In this document: piece by piece, positions 36,645-47,083 of the stretch | How positions within the stretch are numbered: position 1 is the first letter of the stretch | How the letters are laid out: every line of letters starts with the position of its first letter | Notes under the pieces: generated by a model | What the model saw: only the letters and a program-made list of their open reading frames with translations | Told to the model about the DNA's origin: nothing | Databases searched by the model: none | Made by a program: the position numbers and the translations under genes | NCBI RefSeq assembly: GCF_964194155.1 | Contig: NC_135886.1 | Coordinates: 141,236,001 to 141,300,000, forward strand | From: Cetorhinus maximus | Lineage: Eukaryota | Reading direction: 5' to 3' | Length of the DNA stretch: 64,000 nt

Positions 36645-37123
36645 TGGTGAATGGAAATGGAAATGCCAGAGGGGGATGAAGGGCCATTGGGGTTGTTTTG
36701 GGGGGGCATAACATTGGGGCATGAGGGGCTGTGGGAGTGTGTGAGGGACATATCTTGGCATAGTGGGCATGTGGGGTGATGGGAGTGAGTTGGGGGCATG
36801 AAGTGGCATTGATGGGGCGTGGGGAGCTTGTGGGAGGTGAGGGGGTGTGAGGGCTGGAGGGTGTTCTGTTTATATTTTAACTGGGACAAAGTCCCACAGC
36901 ACAGAGGGCGGGCCTTTTAACCAGCCCGCCTCCACACCCGGCAGCCTCCAAACCTTTTCCTGGGTCAGCAGGCCTGACTGCAGCCCACACCCACACCCCA
37001 CTGCCCCCTACCCCACCCACAATGAAAATCCCGTCTTTGAGGGCACTTTCTCCCAAGGCAGGTGGGCCTAGCCAGGAAGTTTCTTGACTCCTGCTACCTA
37101 CCTCAAGGATGAAAATTCAGGCC
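36645..37123. mobile_element. Harbinger-type MITE fragment with G-rich internal tract
   Basis: Ends in AAAATTCAGGCC; left end not found. Confidence 0.4.
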
Positions 37124-37129
37124 AATAAT

Positions 37130-37392
37130 TTCTTCACCACGGGTGGCCATGCCTTCATTTCACTGGGCCCTGAGCTCTGAAATTCCCTTAAACCTCTCCG
37201 TCTCTCTATTTTACTTACCTCCTTTAAGACGCCCTCTATAAAACCAACCTGTTGAACCAAGCTTTTGATCACCTGTCCTAATACCTCCTTATGTGACTCG
37301 GTATCACACTGTGCTTTATAACACTTCTGTGAAATGTCTTGGGATGTTTTATTATGTTAAAGGCACCACATAAATGCAGGTTGTTGTTGTTG
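37130..37392 (+). mobile_element. L2 3' end
   Basis: CATAAATGCAGGTTGTTGTTGTTG tail. Confidence 0.8.
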
Positions 37393-37459
37393 TACACATG
37401 GTAACTCGTCTGACTGTGTATATTTCTAGCATTGCTAGACTTTGATCTGTTATATGTGA

Positions 37460-37835
37460 GGTATGGTAGCATAGTGGTTAGTTGTTCAGTGGCCTGGATA
37501 TGAAGTCAACTCCCATCATGAAAGCTGGTGGACTAAAATTCAGTTAATTAAATAAATCTGGAATAAAAAAGCTGACGTCAGTAACATGGGGCCCAAGAAA
37601 CTACCAGATCATTATCAAAATTAATCTTGGTTCATGAACGCCCTTTAGGGAGATGAATCCTTATCAGGTCTGGCTAACTCATCCAGACCTTCAGCAATGT
37701 GGTTGACTCTTAACTGCCCTCTGAAGTTGCAAGCCATGCAGTTGCATTTAAGGAGGTGGCTCATCACCACCTTCTCGAGGACAATAGAGGATGGATAATA
37801 AATCCCCGGTAAGGGATGTACATGTTATGTGAATG
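37460..37835 (+). mobile_element. Second SINE family, near full length
   Basis: tRNA-like head GGTAGCATAGTGGTTA, core shared with 10100 and 57612, and LINE-derived tail GCTCATCACCACCTTCTCGAGG. Confidence 0.7.
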
Positions 37836-39534
37836 AAAATAAAGATTTGTAATTTCCAAACAATTGTTTGTCTACATTTGTTCTCAGATATGGGCAACGC
37901 TGAAAAGGTGGCACTTGTTACCCATCCTCCATTGCGCATGTAATACCAGTTATCCACATAACTGAAGTCCTGCAAACCTGGTACCATTCTAGTAAACCCC
38001 CTCTGCACCCACCCCAAAGGCTTGATATTCTTCCTGAATTGCGCTATCTAGAATTGGTCGCAATGCTCAAGCTGATTGTTAAAGCTTTGGTGCAACTGCT
38101 TTACCTTCGCGCTCAACACCTCTATTAACAACGCCAAATTCTCCTGACAGCTTCAAAATGCTTGTGTGTGTAAACCTGCAAGTCTCGCGGCTCCTGCGCC
38201 CTCTTTGAAATCGTACCCGGTGCTACATAAATGCAGGTTCCTCCTTTTTGTTGGACTCGTCAGTTGGTTACAACAGTACAAATCCAGTTAATGGAGCTAT
38301 TGAACGAGGATGCTAGATTTTCGCTGAGGTGACGCTCCTTGTGTTACGATAGTACGCACGTTGGAACGATTCAGCTTTGTGAGGTCTCAGTGCTACAGAG
38401 AGAGTTCATTAGGTAAAGCTCCAGCCTAATCCAGTGCAGCTTTATATTAAATCCCAAGATTTTGTTCTTTGTACCGAGAGTTTTGAACATGCGTAATTGG
38501 ATCAAGATGCTGAGCCTCCAAAGGAATAAATGCATATGTTATAAATTCTGCGCCTGATCCTTTTCAAAAAAAAACCTTCCAATTTCATCTGGACTAGTGG
38601 AGGTCGTTATTGAAGGGGGTCACCTCCCCACCCATCATTCAGCTTATTGAATGCATTTAAGCAAACATCTGTGAAGGGCACGGGGAAAACAAGGTTACAT
38701 TTAATTTAATTTAAGGAATCACCGCCCATTCATCCACGTTGTTTCAGAGACCCACAATAGATGGTGAGAGTCTAAACATTTTGTGACATTAATGATTGTG
38801 CCTGAAGTGGACTCACAATAACTGATCCCTTTCCCTCCACAAGCTTCAAGCTTTTTGGGGCTTTTTAGCTGTTCATTAATAATCCATTAGTTTTGTGTTT
38901 AATGATTAGACACTTGGCGTTTCGCGTAGGACCAAACCTGTTTTGCAGCATCTGACTAAATATTATTCCAGATTGTACTAAAGCAATGCAAGGCTATTTC
39001 CCTTCTGTACCCCCTGCCCCAGAATAGACAAGTTTCGACTTTGTTTCATGTTTAATTAATAATTATGTCAGACTGGTTTGAGTTTAAAGTAAACAGTCCA
39101 AAACCAGTCTCCAAAATAATAAGAACAAGATAAATACACGGAAAATTAAAAAGGGAAAGAAGTCAGTGGAGACATCAAGGATAAGAGTTTAAATGATTCG
39201 GACTGATGGCCTTTGGGTTAATTCAGAAATGGCTAAATTTGACCTAATTCAGACCATTTTAAATTTAGATGCATCCACCTCAATGTTTTACCCATTTCAA
39301 TTTTCTGTCTTTACCCCCCTCATCTTCTAAAGGCACTTTTTTCAAGCTGGTTCCATCGGAAATGCCAGCTCTGGGATGCGTTAGCCAAGTATCCAACGGT
39401 GTATCTAACGAACCTGGCTGTGGGTGAATGTTAATAGATTGTTTGGCCAGAGGGGCTGTGGAATCACAATCGTTTATAATCCAGTTTTTGCTTGATGATC
39501 TCTTGTAAACTTCAGCTCATCCAGAAAGAAACAG

Positions 39535-39967
39535 CCTTATTTCTACAGCACTTCCCATGACCTCAAGATGTCCCCAAGCACTTTCCAGCCAATGAAGCAC
39601 TTTTAAAGCATAGTCACTCTTCTAATGTAGGGAACTTGGCAGCCAATTTGCACACAGCAAGCTCCTACAGTGTTATGAAAATGACCAGATAATCTGTTTT
39701 ATGGTGTATTGATTGAGGGATAAGTATTGGCCAAGGCACCAGAGATAACTCCCTTGTTCTTCTTTTGAAATAGTGTCATGGGATCTTTAACAGGCAGCTG
39801 AGAGGGCAGACATTTAACACCTGATCTAAATGATGACACCACTGTGAGTGCAGCACTCCCTCAGTACGGTCCTAGAGCGTCAGCACAAATATTTGTGTTC
39901 AAACGGGACTTGAACCCACAACCTTCTGAGTCACGAGAAAGAGCACGAACCAATGAGCTACAGGTGA
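39535..39967 (-). mobile_element. DeuSINE copy
   Basis: Full reverse-complement match, including B-box-like GGGACTTGAACCC. Confidence 0.8.
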
Positions 39968-40269
39968 CACTTCTGCCCTTGATTACCTTCAGGTCTGTAC
40001 CCTATTCCACCCATCACTCCTGTTCTTGCTGTCTGATGTTAGCTCAATGCTTCCATTTTAAAACTCTCGTCCCTGTGTTCACATTGTCTTCATGTTCTCG
40101 CTCTTCTCTATCTCTGTTACCCAATCCAGACCTACAACTACCACCACTCAAAACCCCCAGCCCAAAAACACAGCAGCTCCTCTCACTCAGACTCTGTGTA
40201 CATTCCCATCCCGTTAACCACTTCACTTCATCCTACTATCACTGATCTTGCTCTAGAATTCCTTCCCAC

Positions 40270-40850
40270 TAACAACTTGCATTTATATAGCACCTTTAAG
40301 GCAATAAAATGTCCAGGGTGTTTCACAGGAGTGTTTTCAAAGAATATTTTGACATCAACTACGTAAGGAGATATCAGGACAGCTGATCAGATGCTTGGTT
40401 GAAGAGGAAGATTTTAGGGAGCATCTTGGTGGAGGGGGGAGCGAGAGATAGAGAGGGAGACATGCAGGAAAGGAATGCCAGGGATTAGGGCCTGGGCACC
40501 TGAAGGCACGGCCACCAGTGGAGGAGTGATTAAAATCAGGGACACTCCACATTGGAAGAACGCAGAGGAGGTGACAGAGATAGGGATGGGTGAGGCCATG
40601 GTGGTGGGGGGGCGGGGGGAGGTGGGGGTGTGTGTGGGCAGAGGGTGGCGGGAAGGAAGGGGGGGCAGGGATTTGAAAACAAGGGCGGGAGCTTTAAAAT
40701 GGAGGCATTGCCAGACTGGGAGCCAATGTAGGTTAGCGAACACTGGTGGTTGAGCGACACTGGGTGTGAGTTAGGAGACAGGCTTCAGAGTTTTGGATCG
40801 GCTCAAGTTTATGGAGAGTGCAAAGTGGGAGACAGCCAGGGGAGCAGTGG
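40270..40850 (-). mobile_element. L2 3' fragment
   Basis: FANLHWLPVWQCLHFKAPALVFKSL; AACAACTTGCATTTATATAGCACC tail. Confidence 0.85.
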
Positions 40851-41529
40851 AAGTGGAAGAGTTACCCCAGCAGAGCTGAGCTAACTCAGCACAGAGCTGT
40901 CATCAAAGAGCCTTTTCCAGCCTGCATGGCCCAGTTCCAAACCGGCCAGCAAGTCTATCGTTGAAGGAACAGAGGGAGCTGCCCTTCTGATCTTCAATTT
41001 GTCACGGTCAATTATCAGGTGCGTGCCTGATGTTTGTAGTCTGGTGGTGGGTCTCCCCCCTGCAGCCTAACAAGGGAATGTACATGATCACTGGGTTACT
41101 AAGGAAGATTCAATCTGAATTAAAGACCTGAGCCCTAATCCAGTGTGAAGCTGCAGGAAGCAGTATGTCATATTGTTCCACATTAGTGCAGTTTTATTAA
41201 CTGGTGTGGAGAAGTCAGATATTAACTGATTTATGATGTCAGCAGTGTTATAGCATCTCATGTAAAAAGTATTATTCTACTGCCTAGGCACGGTGAATGG
41301 TAACCTGTGCTGTGCCCTTAACACCACAGAATGTTAAGAGATGATTTTAGCTCAGGGGGAGGGAGGGGGAGCAAATCAGGGTGGGGCTGTGGGGTGACCC
41401 TTCAGCCGCACAACCCATACCCGTACTCACCCCCTCCTCAGAGTGTGAGGATGGTAGATTTTATATAAGCCTTATTTGCCCTCGCAGGCTGTGACTCTCC
41501 CTGCAGTTTAACTCTTTCATTGATGTGCA

Positions 41530-42545
41530 ACAACATCTATATAGCACCTTTAACATCCTAAATCATCCCAAGTCACTTCAGAGGAGTGATAATCAAACAA
41601 AACCGAACCACATAAGGAGATATCAGGGCAGGTGCCTGGAAACTTAGTCAAAGAGGTAGGTTTTAAGGAGTGCCTTAAGGGAGAAAAGTGAGGTAGGGAG
41701 GCAGAGTGAAGGGAATTCCCAAGTTTGGGGCCTAGGTAGCTGCAGGCATGGTGACCAATAGCAGAATAATTAAAGTCAGAGATGTTCAAGAGGCCAGAAT
41801 TAGAGAAACACAGGTATCTCGGAGAGTTGTGGGGCTGAAGGAGATTATAGAGGTTGGAAAGGAGGGGTAGGATGAAGCCATGGAGGTATTTGAAAAGAAG
41901 GGTGAGAATTTTAAATGGAGGCGTTGCTTAACACAGAGACAGTGTAGGTCAGTGGGTAATTGCTAAACAGGACTTGGTGTGAGTTAAGACACAGGCAGCA
42001 GGATTTTGGATGATCTCAAGTTTACACGGGATGGAATGTGGGAGACAAGCCAGGAGTGCATTGGAATAGTCGAGTCTAGAGGTAACAAAGGCATGGATGA
42101 GGGTTTGAGTAACAGATGAGCTGAGGCAGGGGTGGAGTCAGGTGATGTTATGGAGCTACGAATAGGCAGTCTTAGTGCTGGTGCAGATGAATGGTCAGGT
42201 GTTCACCTGAGGGTCAAATATGACACCAAGGTTGCAAACAGCCTAGTTCAGCCTCAGACAGTTGCCATGGAGAAGGATGGAATCAATGGCTAGAGAACAG
42301 GTTTGATGGCAGGGACATAAGACAAAGGCTTCAATCCTCCAAATATTTTGTTGGGGGAAATTTTTGCTCATCCAGTACTGGATGTTGAATAAACAGTCTG
42401 ATAACCTGGGGACTGTGGAGGGGTTGGGAGAGGTGGTGGTGAGGTAGAGCTGGGGGTTGTTCGTGTACACTGTGCTTCCAGAAAATGTCACTGAGGGGCA
42501 GCATGGAGATGAGGAACAGGGGGTACAAGTCAATAGGAAGAAGAG
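41530..42545 (-). mobile_element. L2 fragment (RT C-terminus to tail)
   Basis: RLSDCLFNIQYWMSKNF; aligns with 15260-16290. Confidence 0.85.
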
Positions 42546-42599
42546 ACTTGTGTCGGTTAGCACCTCCCATAACCATTGGATAAACCAGTAGTATTTCTT

Positions 42600-42990
42600 G
42601 GCAACGAAGTACCTTTGAAGTGTAGTTGTGGTTACAATGTGAAAAATCACAGCAGCGATTTGCACACAGTGAGATCTCAAAAAGAACAATTAAATATATG
42701 ACCAGATCATGGCCAGGATCTTACAGTCCCACCGCTGCGTGTCTCCCCACCCCCCACTCCTCCACCCCAGGCGGATGCAGCAAGCCATTTAAATCTCCAT
42801 AATATCGTAATATCCTGCCAGGCGAGAGGGCCTGTAAAATCCTGGCCCATGTGTTTCAGTGAGGCTGGTTGAGAGATAAATATTGGCCAGGACACTGGAA
42901 AGAACTCTCCTGCTTCTCCTTGAACAGTGGCTCTGGCATCTTCTACGTTCACCTGAGAGGCTAGACAGAGCGTGGGTTTAACATCTCAAC
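42600..42990 (-). mobile_element. DeuSINE containing a 137-bp MITE
   Basis: Deu core GATAAATATTGGCCAGGACAC; MITE at 42711-42847. Confidence 0.75.
42711..42847. mobile_element. Mini Harbinger-type MITE
   Basis: TIRs GGCCAGGATCTTACAG / CTGTAAAATCCTGGCC and perfect 3-bp TSD CAT. Confidence 0.8.
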
Positions 42991-43041
42991 TGGTCACTGA
43001 AACAAAAGCAACTTTAATCAAGCTTCACGCTTCTATACTTT

Positions 43042-43310
43042 TGTGGTAATTTGGTGTGTAATATACATTTAAGAAGAATGTTATAATGGAAGATCAGATG
43101 ATCTCAGTATCCAAGAGCAGAGTAGCATGGGCTACCTCAGTAGTCAGTAGTCTATAGATAGAACCTGTAATGAAGAGACAAAGTTTGAGTTGTAAGTACA
43201 CAAGTGTAGCTGCTGAGTTCCTTTGTAAATAAATGGAATGTGTTCTACCTAAGAACTGTCTGCTGATCCACTCTGTCTACAGTACCAACTCAGCCATCCC
43301 GAAATTAGCA
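43042..43310 (+). mobile_element. Short solo-LTR-like sequence
   Basis: TG...CA ends and AATAAA at ~43229; its 5' part resembles 51762-51800. Confidence 0.35.
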
Positions 43311-43325
43311 CGCACCCCAGAGCCA

Positions 43326-43460
43326 TAAGATAAAAGCAAAATACTGCAGATGCTGGAAATCTAGAACAAAAACAAAAATAGAAATACCTGGAAAAGCTCA
43401 GCAGGTCTGACAGCATCTGCGGAGAGGGATACAGTTAACGTTTGGCTCTTCTTCAGAGTT
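43326..43460 (-). mobile_element. Penelope family 1 pLTR fragment with partial HHR
   Basis: Reverse complement of 63390-63530. Minus strand reads CTGAAGA-A-GAGCC-AAACGTTAAC, with a canonical CUGANGA and half of stem II deleted. Confidence 0.75.
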
Positions 43461-43919
43461 GTGATCTGGTCTGCGCTGCCTGAAAGGACGGTGGAAGCAG
43501 GTTCAATTACAACCTTCAAAAGGGAATTGGATTAATACTTGAAGGGATAAAAATTTCAGGGCTATGAGGGAAGAGAAGGGGGAGAGGAGTCTCCCCTTTT
43601 AAAGAGCTGGCACAGGCTTAATGGGTCAAATGGCCTCCTTCTGAGCTGTCTCATTCTATGATTTTATAATCCCTTTGTTAAAGCCTGCTCCTTTTCTTCA
43701 ACACGTTCTTCCTGATCCGCACGTCATAAACCTCCCTCTGAACTCACAACCCCTGGTTCCTCCTCACTCCATCCAGCCTAGGGCTTCGCTCTCTACCTGA
43801 GCTGGGCTACTATATATCTGGCAGCCATTGGTGTGGATCCCGCTGGCACAGTTTTGGGGTGCAGCCTCACCGCGGTGGTTCCATCCTGCTCATCTGGGTT
43901 TGAACGGCGGTGACTGTTT

Positions 43920-44372
43920 CCCCATCTGACATCTCAGGCGGACGTAAAAGATCCCCCAGCCACAATCTTGAAGTAGATCGGGGGATGGGGGGAGAGATCT
44001 CCCCATTGTCCTGGCCAATAATTACTGCTTAACTGACACCATAAAAAAGCCCCCAGAATATCAGGTCATTTTCACATAGCTGGTTGTGTGGGACCTTGCT
44101 GTGCACAAATTGCTCGCTGCATTTCTCTACATCACAACAGTGGCTACTGCAGCTGGAATTTTCCAGCCCCTCGTGCCGGTGGGGGTCTGCCGGCTGCACC
44201 GACGTGAATGGAGATTTCAATGGCTCACCGGCCCCGACGCCGGGGAACCCGCCACGGTGGGAGGGGACTGGAAAATCCCGGCCTACGTTACCAAAAGTGC
44301 TTCATTGGCTGCAAAACACTTCTGAAACGTTCCAGTATTGTGGAACGTGTTACATAAATGCAAGTTTCTTCT
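43920..44372 (+). mobile_element. DeuSINE containing a mini-MITE at 44151-44283
   Basis: CTCAGGCGGACGTAAAAGATCCC core; MITE TIRs (A)GCTGGAATTTTCCAG / CTGGAAAATCCCGGCC. Confidence 0.75.
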
Positions 44373-45002
44373 TCCATAGACCGTAAAGCGGGAAACCGAA
44401 GAGGGGAAGAGTATTTTGCCCGTCCCAAACCTGCCAGCGCTTCCATGCTAAACTCATTGTGTCGAGAGGTGTTTGGAAGAAACAATTTTACAAACACTTT
44501 TGATTCACTGGCAGAAGCAGAAACAGCCACTATCGTCCAGCAATTCTCATCTTGTATTTGGCACAATAGGAAAAGATTAGGTGAAATCAGCAGCTCATAC
44601 AGTGTGGCCAGTCCAGGCAACTTCACAAAGGAGGATGAATGGAGTTTAAAATGTAAATGAAGGTAGATTTAAATTTTTGTATCAAACTCCAGCGTGAAAA
44701 CTCAACAGGTAAAAATGTTTTGATTTGTAACAGACCATTCTGAGAACAAATTCTGCCACTTCCAATTGATGGCAACACTTAACAAATCTGTTTACCTCAT
44801 GTATATACTTAAATGTAGCTCTGTCACGTACAGATGAGTGTTAACACTAACGACGCAATCTAGCACATAATGGATTACAGAATAAATACATGAGATCAGA
44901 TTCACACCTCATTAAAAGCAGCAGTGCACTTTACAAGAGCATAACACATGCAAACAAAGCACTGGGGTTAATTTCTGGAGGAACAGAATTCAACAGCAAA
45001 GA

Positions 45003-45120
45003 GGAAAAGGAAAATAATGCGAATGCTGGAAAGTTGAAATAAAAACAGAAATTATTGGAAATATGTGGATGCCAGAGATTCTGCTAGACCTGCTACCGAC
45101 TTCCAGCATTTTCTGTTTTT
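45003..45120. mobile_element. Inverted Penelope pLTR micro-insertion with 15-bp TSD
   Basis: ATTCAACAGCAAAGA (44988-45002) / ATTCAAAAGCAAAGA (45121-45135); antisense then sense pLTR pieces. Confidence 0.7.
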
Positions 45121-45312
45121 ATTCAAAAGCAAAGAAACTTTTGCCACGGCCCTGACAATATTTTGGCAATAGCACTGAAGACCGGTGCTCCAGAACTTGC
45201 CACACCCCTAACCAAGCTGTTCCAGTACAGCTACAGCACTGGCATCTACGCAGCAATATGGAAAATTGCCCGGGTATGTCCTATTCAGAAAAAAAAAGGA
45301 CAAAGCTAACCC

Positions 45313-46000
45313 GTAGAACCATAGAAACGTTATGGCACAGAAAGAGGCCATTCAGCCCATCGTGTCTGCACTAGCTGAAAAAAAACTAGCCGTCCATTCT
45401 AATCCCACCTTTCAGCACCTGGTCCGTAGCCTTGCAGGCTACAGCACTTCAGGTGCAGATCCAGCTACCTTTTAAATGAGTTGAGGATATCTGCCTTAAC
45501 CACCAATCCGAGCAGTGAATTCCAGACACCTAACACCCTCTGGGCGAAAAGGTTTTTTCTTAATATCCCCTCTAATCCTTCTACCAATCACCTTAAATCT
45601 GTGCACCCTGGTAATTGCCCTCTTTGCTAGGGGAAGCAAGCCTTTCTTGTCTACTCTTATCTAGGCCCCTCATAATTTTGTACACCTCAAACATGTCACC
45701 CTTCAGCCTCCTCTGTTTTAACGAAAACAACCCTAGTCTACCCAATCTTTCCTCATAGCTACAATTTTTGAGCCCTGGCAGCATTCTTGTAAATCTCCTC
45801 TGCACTCTCTCCAGAGCAATTATGTCCTTCCTGTAATGTGGTGACCAGAACTGTACACAAAGTTACAGCTGTAGCCTAACCAGCATTTTATCATTAGATA
45901 CCTGCTTTAGTATTCTATACCTCATCCAATAAAAGAAAGCATTCAGTATGTCTTCTTTACCACCTTATCTATCTGTCCTACCGCCTTCAGGCACCTGTAG
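45313..46000 (-). mobile_element. CR1 3' region
   Basis: QRRFTRMLPGLKNCSYEERLGRLGLFSLKQRRLKGD (45593-45805); TAGAACCATAGAA tail. Confidence 0.9.
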
Positions 46001-46457
46001 GCATCACACCTCTCCGGATTAAAGCGGAGAGGGCAGGTGCTGGGGGAGAAAGGATTTTTAAAATGGATAAATACAAATAAATAAATAAAAAATAAAAATG
46101 AAATGTTTTAAGATATTGGATAAAAAAGAGTAAAGGGAGAGGAGATTCATGTGCAGCATAAAGACTAGTTGGGTGGAATGGCCTGTCTCTTTGTTGGAAA
46201 TTCTATGTGATTCTATGTACCAATTCACACCAATCAGAAAGTCAACAGCTGGCTGATCTCAGTGGGGTGGAAATATTGATGTTGCACTAGGTCTCAATGG
46301 TCTTGGACAAAGGAGTAAAGATCCTTCCAAAGTTCAGCGAGGGCAAGAACGTGGCCTAAGTGTAATGCCCGCAGCAGCCGACTTGGCTCCTGACACACAT
46401 TGTCTCAGGGCTTAATTATGTGAGGTACAGAGCTGCTGAGCCTGATCATGAGTTGAA

Positions 46458-46515
46458 GGAACAAGACTCACCTATTCATATAAACCGGAACAAGAATCAC
46501 CTATTCATATAAACC
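46458..46515. repeat. 29-bp tandem duplication
   Basis: GGAACAAGA(C/A)TCACCTATTCATATAAACC x2. Confidence 0.9.
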
Positions 46516-46979
46516 ACGGTACTTGAATATCCAGAAAGATAAACAGTTTTAACACTTTTCATCCATTTGTGCCCTCGGCTATCATTCGATAAACACATAT
46601 GCACATACACACTTCTATTAAGGAATATTGTGTAACTTTAGAGGAACAGACATAGCCCAGTCATGGCTGATTGCCCCTTATCTCCATTTACCCACCTTTG
46701 CTCCATATGCCTTGATACCGTTACCCAACAAAAATCTATCAATCTCTGTCTTAAAGCACAGAATACATTTTTGAGGGAGAGAGTTGCAGATTTCCTGTGC
46801 CCTCTGTATGGCTCCTGACTCCAAAATTACCTAGTTCCAATTTTAAGATCGTGCCCTCTTGTTCTCTATTGAATAATTTAATCATTCCAACACCTCAATT
46901 AAATAACCTGTCAGCCTTATAAACTCAAGAGAACACAAGTTTAGGCAGCTGAGCATCACAATTTAATCCTTTTAGCCCC

Positions 46980-47078
46980 TGTGTCTTTCTCTCCAAGGTG
47001 CTGCCGGACCCACTGAGTTTTTCCAGCATTTCCTGCATTTGTTTCAGATTTCCAGCATCCATAGTATTTTGCTTATAT
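46980..47078 (+). mobile_element. Penelope family 1 pLTR fragment
   Basis: CTGAGTTTTTCCAGCATTT...CAGATTTCCAGCATCC.TAGTATTTTGCTT. Confidence 0.7.
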
Positions 47079-47083
47079 CCTTC

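Noticed and set aside
44288-44660. Antiparallel ~100-aa ORFs in unique sequence
   Set aside because: No recognisable domain, they start or end inside a SINE tail, and splice signals are not convincing.
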